A stretch of DNA of 64,000 nucleotides from Ramazzottius varieornatus (taxonomy: Eukaryota > Animalia > Tardigrada), in NCBI GenBank assembly GCA_001949185.1, contig BDGG01000006.1, positions 102,979 to 166,978 of the forward strand, in the 5' to 3' direction. The translations under genes and the position numbers were made by a program. The notes under the pieces were generated by a model, which made no database searches, was not told where the DNA came from, and saw only the letters and a list, made by a program, of their open reading frames with translations. Shown piece by piece: positions 42,505 through 53,610 of the stretch; positions within the stretch are counted from its first letter, which is position 1; the number at the start of each line of letters is the position of its first letter.

Positions 42505-45407
42505 TTACACTGTTAGCGTTATCCCGTTTGCCGGCTTCTCTTCAAAGCTAATGTTGGAAGCGTCGCCCTGGTCGTGGTCGACATGTTCAACCTCCGGTTC
42601 GCTTTCGTCATCATAGTCAGGAATCTGGAAATCGCTATCGTCAGCTGCCGTTGTGTCTTGCTCATTCACCGTCCCATCGACATCTTCCGAGTGTAGATAC
42701 TCGCACTGCTTGGCGCCCATTCGACAGTACGTCCCGAAAGAGCACGGCTGCAATTAAGACCTCATGATGTTCTTGTCGAACGAGCTGCTCTTAATGTACT
42801 GTAACACAGAAGAACTTTTCACTTACCACCGGTTTCTTGTGCAGAAATTGACAAGAGGCATTGGTGCACTTTGGGTAATAGTTGCACAATGGCACCTTCG
42901 TTTGTAGCCTCCTTTCGTTTACTAAACAGAAAATCAAAGTCATCATCCCGCACACACAGTAAACGCAATGACAGGAACAATATTAAAGATGGTACTAATT
43001 TTCCCTAGACCTCACACTGTACCTTCTGGAGCTGTGCCTGAGTGATCGAAAACACAAGAGATGCCGAATTTACAGTCTTTGCCATTCCGGCATGGTGGAT
43101 GATAGAATGGGCAAACGCTGGCCTTCTTGGCACAGTGCGGCAAAAACCTACAATCAATTCTCAACACGTCATTCACAAGAACTACCCGGGCGAACACAAC
43201 AGTCAGGATCGCTTTTCCAAGTGGCGCACGGTGCCAGCCAACAACAGTGAAAACGTGCACCGCTTGGAAAAAACCATGTTATCGACTTGTTTGCCGAGTT
43301 CCCATCTTACAAATCTTCCAAGAGGCAACAGGCAAGAGAAGGAAATAAAGCTGTACCGGCATTGGATCAAGGAGGTGTCGATGGGATTCGGCTGGACTCT
43401 CTTCTGACGCTTCATCGGCGGCATACCGTTGAAATGTTGGCCTTCCTCGTAGTCCATCCCTTCTCCATAGCCTACACAAGGAACAAAACATTCATATGAT
43501 AGTCTAACGGATCCATTTGATCGTTCCTCGCAGTTCTGCGGAAGCCTTACCCGGAGGTCTGAAGGGTAGTCTGCAGTGGGTATTGGGATGGAATCGATGA
43601 AGGCCAAACCTGTCTGGCGGATGAAGCTTGATGCGACTGAGAGGGTCGTACGACTGGGCCGGCATCACGACCAGCAGTCCGGGGATGTTATCCTGGTCCA
43701 TAGGCTCATTCTCCTCCATCTCTTTTTCCGGTACGACCAACGGCTCTTGCCTGGCTGCATAGACGAAGCGGTTTCCGGAAGGATCGTTGGGCGTTGTGAT
43801 GGCTACCGGACGATGTGTCAGGATCCTCTCATCCATTGAGACCTCTTCAAACGACCTTTTACTGGGTTGGGTGTTCCGCGATACTATCCTATATGATTAC
43901 AGCACGTCCAGTTATGTGGCCGTACCGTTACTACAGATGGGAACTGGACAAACTCGCTCAACAAGATTGTTCGCCCAAGTGACGCACACCTCCAGCCAAT
44001 AACATCAGAAAAATGCGCTACTGTAGAAAAACGACCCAGTGAAGTTTGTTTTTTCCAAATGGAGTACGTTATCATTGTTTTCGGATGCAACATCTACTTG
44101 GAAAAACAGTCTGGTCGAGTTTTGTTGACCGAGCTCCCACATAATTGTTATGTTGACTGTACTTTAATGTCATGACGGCAATACAGTCTGAATGTGTAAC
44201 CTTACGTCTGAATGGGCCTTGCTTCTTCCATATGGTCAACTGGCGGTGCTTCTTCCCGTGTCAGACGTTTCGGCGATGGAGAACGAGCTTCTTCTGGTAC
44301 CTTCTCCTCATTTCTTTCTCTGTCTTCATCACCTTCCCACTCTTCTTCGGCTGGTCGTTCGACTTCCGGTTGACGCTTGGACAAGTGAGACGCACTAGCC
44401 ACTCCGACAGCTTGGACCGACTTGACGGCATCACGGGCTGCCTTCGACAACATTTGCGACGCCACTTTCTTCTCCCCTCTGTAGAGAAGCGATAAGTTAG
44501 AGTGAAAAAAAGCTGAGGGAAAATTTAGACGTACTGATCCTTGGAATTATCGGATGTTTCGACACTGCGATGCTTCTCGCGGCGTTCCTTGCCCGTTTTG
44601 TCTTTCCGCCGTCGGCTGCTGGATGACTCCTTCTTCTTCCTCGAGCTCGTATCGGTTTCTGTCGGGGATGAAGGAGCACTGGCGTCTTTGGATGTGCTTC
44701 GACGACTCAAAATCCCTTCTAACGCAGCATCCTCTGCTAAAAGCAAAAACTGGCACTGAAGAAAAGAGCCCAACATAATGCAATTCGGTCTTCTCGTCCA
44801 GGTAAAAATAGCAGTCCAAAGTTAGACGCTCTACCTTTGATCGACTTGGGGTTGGCCGTAGGAGTATGGTTGGAAGGCCGGGCGGATGTTGAGGTGTCTT
44901 CTCTGGACTGTGATCGCTTCGTCCGTTCAACGCTGGCTTCCTTCGATGTCTGCGGTGTATCAGGGATTTCTCCAGCTTGCACTGCCATACAAGAAAGACA
45001 GAAAGGTACTAAGAGCACAGCCATCATAGTCAAGAAAGACTCGGGCTCAAATGGCAATTAGGACTGGTTGTGTATACCTTTGGCCACTTGGTTGTCGACT
45101 TGTGAAATGACTTTGGAGAACCATTCCACAAACTGGTCCGTCTGCTCACCCAGGAAATCCTTTAGTTTGATTTTTAGAGCTTCTGGCGAGTTAACGGGAT
45201 CGAACAGCACAAACACATAATCCACCAAGGTTTTATCTGCAAAAGTGAATCAACAATCAGACAATAGGACAACATGTTCCTGCCGTTCGAACTTCGAAGC
45301 TCTCCTCGTCTCTGTCAAACGTGTAATTATAAACATTCTCGGCAAATAGCTTTCGTACCAATTTTCTCTCGTCCAGTCAACTCCTTCAGCTTGGCCTTGA
45401 TGGCATC
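42505..45407 (-). CDS. ZC3H14: CCCH zinc-finger poly(A)-binding protein ZC3H14/Nab2-like (start exon not resolved)
   Basis: N-terminal PWI-like segment DAIKAKLKEL...LVDYVFVL...LKDFLGEQTDQFVEW resembles ZC3H14 (SAIKGKLQEL...LPDYIMVM...LSLFLGNNTIRFTVW). C-terminal tandem CCCH fingers: CRFLPHCAKKASVCPFYHP, CRNGKDCKFGISCVFDH, CNYYPKCTNASCQFLH and CSFGTYCRMGAKQCEYLH. Confidence 0.75.
43213..43271. repeat. Intronic palindromic element, copy A (ZC3H14 intron)
   Basis: TTTTCCAAGTGGCGCACG...CGTGCACCGCTTGGAAAA, 18-bp arms with 2 mismatches. Confidence 0.8.
43972..44107. repeat. Intronic palindromic element, paired copies G and H (ZC3H14 intron)
   Basis: G: CCAAGTGACGCACACCTCCAGCC...GAAAAATGCGCTACTGTAGAAAAA. 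H (appears reversed): TTTTCCAAATGGAGTACGTTATCA...TCTACTTGGAAAAA. Confidence 0.7.
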
Positions 45408-46962
45408 CTACAAGACAAGCGAACAAACGAGTTAGGAGGACAGAGTGGATTCAAGTTGGCATCCAACGCGGCAGTCCATCGCGTTCATGATATCCTCTCG
45501 GCTCTCACAACATCGACTGAAATCCATCGTTCCCGTTCTACCAAGAGCTAGATGCAAAATTCTTCAGCATACCCATATTCTGCATCCGACACGCTTTGAC
45601 AAACGCTGTAGCAACGGCATCGTCGAGTGTCCGAGCAAAGCGGGATTCGGACGAAGTTATCAGGACCGTCGATGCAGCTCCAGCTCAATCCTCCCTTACG
45701 AGTTACCACTGTGCTTCACACAGTACTGCCGCCGTATCTTCCCTCAACGTCCGCTTAACAGATATTGCGAACGAATGTTTTGTTCCAGATGAAGAATGGG
45801 CAGCTCTAACAAGGAGAAAATTGAGAAGAGCAACAGCAAAACTGGAGCAAAATCCATTCGATGAACGACTTTGATTATCGTACGGTGCGAAGCGGATATC
45901 AGGACAGTACGACAAAATGCGAGGCGGCGGATCGAGTATGTGACGTAATCCTTTCCGTGGGCGTTACCAACTGGCTTGACTGGGTGAAATTTCCGTTATC
46001 CGCAAATGGCATAAACGGCAATCCACGAGCAAGAAGGTGATCGCCTCCGGCGCGAACTGCAGTTTTCCTTCGAGCTTGAAGCGAAGCAGCCGATGGTGTG
46101 CCAAAACATGCTAAAACGCGGAAAGAGCGTGGTGCAAGACCCAGACGCTAGAGAATCGGTCAATTAGGACATGCGCCGCTGAACCGAACCGGCTTTCGAT
46201 CCATGCTGAATTATGTTTTTCTTCCAAACTTGCGTTTGGATGAGCAAACTGTCAAAAGAATCAACTGGGGACAACTCATTGCCTTATTGGACGATTTGAA
46301 CGAGCTTCGAGACTAATTCAATTACCAAATTTCGGATCAGATACTCAGTTCCATGATTTCCATCATGTAACATGCCATGGCAAAACATGAGCTTGCGCTT
46401 CGAATAGGGATTTTCTTGTCGATCCATACGGGTCGTTTCGATATCAGCAGTCAACCGGAGCCTGACAAGCCAGATTGCGAAATTCGACCGTAAGCCTGGA
46501 ACGGCGTGCCATACCTCGCGATCACTGAGGATTATGGCTCAGCAATCCGTGCTTTCTCCCGGAAATTGAACAACAGGGTTTCTTGCGCTGCTAAAAAAGT
46601 TTTCCTGCCACAGTGCCACTTGGTGTGGTGTTTATGCGGCAGAAAAAGTGTATCAGTCGGTGTTCTAGATGAAACCTTATTCCTTATCGGCCAACGTGGA
46701 CTAGGACTAACGATTCTTGCATGACAAGCTTCCGTGTATAAGTTTCCTTGCAGATCTTCCAAGCGTCGCAAGATGTTACAGCTCAGGATACACGTCTGAT
46801 TGCGCCATGTGTTTCGCGAGTTGAATGTGGCTGTTCCAGAAGGATTTCCCTCAAGTCTTCCCAGTGCCTGACATGCACCATTGTGTGCTGTATTAGCCCC
46901 GTAACCCTTTTTATATACATGCTCTATTTTTCTACCCAGTCATAATCCATTCAGATCAAATC

Positions 46963-49900
46963 ATGGCCGAATACGGTGTCAAGGTTGAAAACCGGTATGT
47001 CGTTGTCTCGCTTGATTGACTGATGCAGTGCCGGCCGTTTCTTTTCGATAAAATTAATATAAAGTGATGTGTTGCTTTCTTGCCGTCAGGTTCGCCTATC
47101 TGCCAAGTGATGAAGATGGTGACAACGACGAGAATATGGAAGATCAGCGGACCAGCAGGACGAAAGCTGGAAAGACGCGACAGCCTGACAGCTCGGCCAA
47201 AGGCAACGTCAAGGGTGGCAGTGTGGCCACTTCCGGCGCGGACAGTAAGAGCAAGACGGCGGCTGCTGGGCCTGCAACGGCTGGCAGCGGAGTGGCTAGC
47301 CAGAAGAAGGCTCCAACGGAAAGCAAGGTAGCCGCTGCTCCATCGGGCAAGAATGCTCCGTCCAAAGGCACTTCCGGCAACGTGCCCACCTCAGCACGCG
47401 CTGGACCATTCAGGCCCAACTCGTCCGGCGCCAACAACAACAACCAAAATGCTGGCAGCGAACAAAATTACCGCAATGACGATGGTGGAAACGGTGAGTT
47501 CTTTTTCCTCTTCCTGTCATTTCGAGAAAGCTGTTCGCTTTGCGCAATTTCCCTGGCGCACAACGAAGAAGAGCAGCGCCGTCTTCTTGCTGTGTGCGGG
47601 GGTTGTGACACTGGTTTGAGTGGGGGGAAGATAAAAACAGCTGATCGAAGAAGGCTTCCGTCTTCGAGTTTCTCTGGTTCAGAGGTTCGTGGTCGAACTA
47701 TCAATGAACTTTCTCATCTGGACTGTCTTCGTTTTACCTCTGATCTCAAGGTTGGGACAGGGATAATGAGGTGATGAATTGGTAGCTGTGTTGTGGCAAG
47801 AATTTAGCTATAATGGTTGGCTCTGATTTCCCGTCTTGTTGGACCGGTTTGGTGGGCAAAGTGCTCTGATGGCACTTTCCTATTGCGGGCACGTGGAAGT
47901 GTGTATTAAACGCCAGCTTTTTTTCCACTGTGTTGCTGTTATTTACGTTGTGTAAGACGACGTAACTTCAGAAGGCGATAGTGACAGGCGATAAGTGTTT
48001 GAAATGGAAAGTTGGTAACGTCCGACTGTGCTTGCGGTGGGTGGAGTGAGTGATATTCTTGTCTGTTGATTGATAGGTCGGCCACGTTTCGGTGGAGATC
48101 GCGCTGGCGGAGAACGGTCGCAACGGGGCGGCTATGGGGGAGAGCGCATGAGCGAAGGCGGTTACGGCGCCCACCGGGGTGGCCAGTCGGGACAACGGGG
48201 TGGCGGACGTGGTGGTGGCCACTACGATCGCCAGGATCGCCCACCGCGCGACCACCAAGAGCGGCCTCCGCGCTTTGCCAACAACGAGAATGGGCCGGGT
48301 CGCACTCGCTTCGGGGGAGAACAGGGCGGACAGGTGCGCATGGACGATGGACAAGGAAGAACGCCTGTCGCTGATCAGGATATCGGGACCAAATCGTAAG
48401 TTGACACCACCAGGTGATTTCCTTCGCAAGTGAGGTAAAAGAGGGGCGTGCAGGGCACAGACCTCTTTGTGGTTTCGTCAGCATTACGTAGCAGAAAGGC
48501 CGAAGTACCAGCAGGAGCAGCTTGAAAAATAGCGGTTGCGTAGTGGTGTGGCGGCAATGTCTCCTTTCACTGACTTGGGATCTTTTTGTCGTCGGCAGAG
48601 GAGATATGGATCGGGATGGAGAGTTTGGGCGGTCGAATGACTTTGCCATGGCTGGACGGGAAGGTGGCATCGAAGGAGAGCTGTCACGTGGTGGACACGG
48701 CTACAATGGCGGGCGGACATATGATCGCGGCACGGGACGCCACGGTGGCTATGGACACCGATATGGCAACCGCGAGGAAACGTCGGACGGACAACAAGCC
48801 ACGGGCTACGATGGGCGCGGCAAGCGCTATCACGACCGCCATTCCGGCGACATTCGCACGTAAGTCTTGTTTAAGCCTCGTTGAGATGGAGCTGATGGCT
48901 GAGCTAACTGCCTGTCGTTTGTGGCAGTGGGGTCAAGACGGTCGGCAAGAAGGATGGTGGTGGACAGCACAACTGGGGAAAGGAAGGCGAAGAACAGATG
49001 GACCAGGTCATCACCGCACTGGACGCCAACGATATCAACGGTCAGTCGCTCTTTTGACCCTTTTTGTCTAATCAGCTGTGCGCTAACTGACGACAAGTCT
49101 TTCGCTGGCTGCAGCGGACGGCCCGGATAACGAGAGGGCCAGTCGCGAGCAGATGAGCGAAGAGCAGCGAAAGCGCGACCAAGAGCGGCAAAAGCAGATG
49201 GAGGAAGACGCCAAGAAGATGACGCTGCAAGAATGGAAAGAAATGCAAAAGCATGAAAAGGTGGAACCGCAGTTTAACCTGCGCAAAGCCAACGAAGGAG
49301 ACACCAACTGGATGAAGGGCGTCACCGTTGTCGGGCCCAAGGCCAACCAGGAAGACAGCGCCAAGGTAAGGCCTTGCTGTGGTACGATGACAAGGGATGG
49401 GCTTTAAGATGGAGTGTGTGGGGTTGTAGGAGGAGGAACGACGCAAGGAGCGAAAGGACAGAAGCAACCAACAGACGGAGCAGGACGACAATGAGCTGCT
49501 GGCCAAGGAGCTGAGCGAGGGTATCCACTACAGCCGCCCCACGGAAGATCGCGAGCGAGGCGGACGGGGTGGTGGTCGTGGCGGTTTCCGTGGAGGAGAT
49601 CGTGGCGGGTAACTTCTCCTTTCAAACGAGAGCTCTGATAAGAGACTAGGCACTATCGTTTTATCAAGTGGCGCACGGTGCCAGTGTTATCGGCTGAAAG
49701 CGTGCGTGACTTGGTAAAATTGTGCTCTTCTTCAGTCTGTTGCTTTTCCAAGTGGCCCACACCTCCAGCCCATAATTTTGGCAGCCTGCGCCACTTGGCG
49801 ACACGGTCTTGTCCAGTTTGTTCTCCCGGGTCCTGATTTGATTTAAATGCGGAATTTTGGTGTTGTTGCTGTAGACGGATGTTTCACAGACGAGAATACG

Positions 49901-50172
49901 AGGAAGGTGGTAGTGGCGGTTACGAAGGAGGACGAGGCGGTGGTCGCGGGGGCGGTCGAGGTGGCTACGATCGGGGCTACGATGAGGGCCATCAGGGACA
50001 AGGTGGGTCGTCGCGTGGCGGAGGATACGGTGGTCAGCGTGGCGCTGGCGGTGGACGACAGTCCAACGCACCGGCCATCAACTTGGAGAAGGACTTTCCG
50101 GCACTGGGTGGAGGAGCAAGTGGTGGCGCTGCCGGTAATGCTCAAGGCCTCGGTAGCACAACCAAAGAGTGA
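46963..50172 (+). CDS. SERBP1: SERBP1/HABP4 (vig-like) RGG-rich RNA/ribosome-binding protein
   Basis: Eight in-frame exons. N-terminal YGVKVENRFAYL, HABP4_PAI-RBP1 motifs KRYHDRHSG...KKDGGGQHNWG and KMTLQEWK...FNLRKANEG, many RGG boxes and C-terminal DFPALG. Confidence 0.9.
49659..49798. repeat. Intronic palindromic element, tandem copies B and C (SERBP1 last intron)
   Basis: B: TTTTATCAAGTGGCGCACGGTGCCAG...CTGAAAGCGTGCGTGACTTGGTAAAA, sharing 20 identical nt with copy A. C: TTTTCCAAGTGGCCCACACCTCCAGCC...TGCGCCACTTGG. Confidence 0.8.
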
Positions 50173-52759
50173 ACAAGAGTCGCCTCCGCGCTGTCCTCTT
50201 TACTGTTGTATCCCTTCTTTCATCTTATTCTCTGTAACTAGTCTTCACTTCTTCTTGCACCATTCTTCACTTCACTTTATGACTTTGTAACTTTGAGCTT
50301 GTTGGTGGGATAGCGACAGAGAGAGGATAGAGTTGGAGTCATCGGCCTACTGGTGATGTCGTCGACGGTAATCTTTCACATCCCTTCCTGTGCTGTAATC
50401 ACCCCTTCATCTTCTGTTGCCGACAATCCATTTATTCCCGCGCTGGCTCTTATTCTATCATCATTATCGTCCAGTATTTAGCGTTGCAATTTGATCCTTA
50501 ATAACAATTATCGTGCTGGTTCAGAACACTTTGCGTCCAGATAACAGCAGTGTTGGTGAATCGGCCCTGTAAGGTATTTGAGGTGAAGTTCCCTTTTTTT
50601 TTACGAAAACTCTTGTCGAGGTGGTGCCGAGCCGTGAGCAGGGCCTCATCGGCATTTCCGTCATAAGAGGGTAGAATTAACAGGTGGCGCCATTGTACAT
50701 ATCTCCCGTTGAACGGTAGTAGCACTACCGTGCTTTATTGTGTGACGGCTTCGGTTCCTGCTGGTCAGAGAAAATTCCCTCCTTGACGCGTTGTGGAGAG
50801 GTGTCCGTCAGTGTTACAGGTCTTGGCGGGAAGGTGTGACAGGTGGAATGATGGTCACGGTGATTATTTGTAGCTTGTGTCGACATGAATTGCATAAGAG
50901 ATTACGCCACCTAATGCGCCAGGAAGGCGGTACGGCAGTGTACGTCGTATAGCGAGGAATGGCGTGTATTGCTAGTGGCATGGCCAGCCCAGCAGGCGGA
51001 AGTGAGCGGTGATGCCATTTACAGTTACGACATTGCTTTTAATTGAAAGTAAATCTCATATGTGGTCTATGTTTAAGTTTAGCCGTATACACTATACACT
51101 ACCGGGATTGATGGCGAACAAATATACAGGACCCAAACAGAGCGCCGCGACAAAGCCGTGACAAGGAAGCTGCCACGTAGCCGCACTTTTCTTTTCTTTG
51201 TCATGTATTTGGAGCACTGGCAACTCTCACACCTACAGCGTACCGAGCCAGTACTCATATTCATACTTCATTTCCTACAGTTATGATGAGTATCAACGTT
51301 GACGCTGGCATGAATCGAAAATTTGGCTCTGTCGTACATAAATCGGATGAGGAACAGATTAAAATTTCAGCGGTGCGAACAGTTGCCGACAAGGAAGTTC
51401 CCCGGCTACCGAGAAGGATATAAAGTCGAGGTTCCTACGTCTTTTTGGCCAATGTGTCTGCTGGTGTCCAGTTAGCGATTCAAGGTGAAATATCAGGTGG
51501 CCATTAGTAAGAGCAGTCTTCTGTTCCTTGTGTTAGATCAGTTTGACAGTAGCGTAATTTCTTTTAGCTACGAGCCGTGACTATTACATCAGCGTGCGGC
51601 GCCGCAAGATACAGCTAGTCTAGCGCTGTGATTGCTGATTGAGACAGTCGAGTCGACACTGCATCTAGCTAGCTGCACGCGCGTGTCTTTGGGTCCACCG
51701 TACACCTTGGCCGACTGCACCGTCTTGATCTGCCGTTTATCTTCTCTCTCTTCCGCCTGTAAACCAGTTGTCTTCAAGAGGATCTATACTGCCGCTACCG
51801 GTAAGCTGATTGTCCATCAATATTCATTCTATATACAATGGAAGCCCTTACGCTGAACAGTAGCCAGCTTGTCGTACCGTACTCAGCGCTTCCTCTTGCT
51901 CTACTTCTGCCCTGCTGTAAAATGTCACTTTGGTCAGAAGCCAGTCGATGCTGATTCATCGTAATTAGTAAACGCTGTGTCGGAGCAATTTCTTGTCGAA
52001 AGATTTGTCGTTTGCCCCCCTTGTCGACATCTTTTGTGCAACAGGTACTTTGTAGCCGCTTACATACGGTGACTTGTCATTGTATATGGAGCTCACATTC
52101 AGCAAATTTGCTGCTCTAATGACGTCTCCATCTCCCTTAAGCTCCTTATCGTCATGCTTGCCTCAGCTTTTCACCTTAAATTGCTGATTATGAGCCTAAT
52201 TACGCCGCAAAGGTGTCGACTTGCCTCGTCTTATCCTTTGGCTCTTGCTGGGAACTTACAGCGGAAAAAGATTGCTTGCTGCATCCTTTGACTTTAATGA
52301 GGAAGTTATGGAACACATGAACAATATCTGGGGGCTATCAGGTATGAGTGGATATGATTAAAAGTCTATTGTCCAATTTGTCCGTTACCAAATGACGCAT
52401 GTGTGGAAGTTTGTAAGGTAGAATTACGGCGCAGGTGGTTGTGGCACGTGTTTTATGAAGATGGTGCATGATGCTCACTTGTTCAAGATTTACATTGTGC
52501 GTCTTGGGTTGCTGGCTTGCTGCCTCTAGCTGGTTCCCTCACTTTAGCGGTGCTGCATGATATGAGATGCAGCTCGTCCGTGTTCTTTGACTGACTAACT
52601 TGGACTTTTGTACGGCACCCAAGACGGCACCTCGGCCAAAAGAGCCAGCCCGTCATTACCAACGTTGGAAAGTAGGTTTTCTACAAGTGAAGCTGTTGCT
52701 GATTGCAGCTTATATATACATATCGCCGTTGAAGTTTGTTTGCCTACTGTTGCATCTTC

Positions 52760-53610
52760 ATCGCTGCCTCGTCTTGACTCTCGATGGGCCGACGCGTACG
52801 ACGGCGATGTCGTCAACAAGTGTCCTAACCAAGAATACCTCTCCATGTGGATAGCAAACTCACAATACGCTGTATAAAGCTTTTGGGAAAGGCTTCGAGA
52901 ATCGCAGAATGAGGATACAGTCATTTCCTCTGCTCAGAGTCCTTTCGGGCAAACCGCCATGTCTTGAGAGGGTCGATACCAACTCAGAACAGTGCGGTAC
53001 GTTGGCGTGGCTGGCAGTTCCATGTCCAGGGACTGTATGAACGTTCTGACACAGATATCCAACTCTGTTACGGAGGAGACCACAAGTAAATATTTGTGGC
53101 ATTTGGGCAGCCTAGCTGGAGAAGTGTGATGTCACAGCCAAGAATTTGCATTCCTGTCCAAGACCTCACATTTTTTTGACATGTGGTTTGGCTATTTGTC
53201 AATATTGATTCGATCCAGTTACGGAACTACGAAGCAGGAAGTTGAATGGGTGAATAGCCACGCTAGGCAAGTGACGCATTCATCGTGGCATTTTGATCGG
53301 TACATCAGAAAATTGAATCATGTCAAGGGGAATGAAAGTTTTGTCTCGTATGACTACAGGCTGCAGTTGTACGTAGGTGCATGATCGTTAAGCTTTGGCA
53401 GTTTCATGGTTTTACCGGCCTTCAAAAAGTCTGCTGGCAAGTGTGGGAGTGTTTATGAGTGGCAAAGTTGATAAAATGTACGGCATTTAGCACCTGACAG
53501 TGTAGCGAGGCAGATCTTTACAATTTCTGGTTCTGTCCGTGACTGGCTACTTGCGGGTCAGGCCATGTCCAGGGGTTTGAGCAGAAACAGGCACACAGAT
53601 TCAAGAGTAC
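52760..53610 (+). pseudogene. Decayed DDE transposase remnant, Transib/RAG1/Chapaev-like
   Basis: Ordered motif fragments across frameshifts and stops: AYDGDVV (GAC 52800), YGGDHK (GAC 53078), KCDVT, HLTV...GSVRDW and QGFEQK (GAG 53579). No TIRs found. Confidence 0.4.

Noticed and set aside
49659-49806. Tandem hairpins B and C followed by ACA, read as an H/ACA snoRNA
   Set aside because: No ANANNA H box in the hinge, the lower stems are too long for canonical pocket spacing, and the same unit occurs singly and antisense in other genes.
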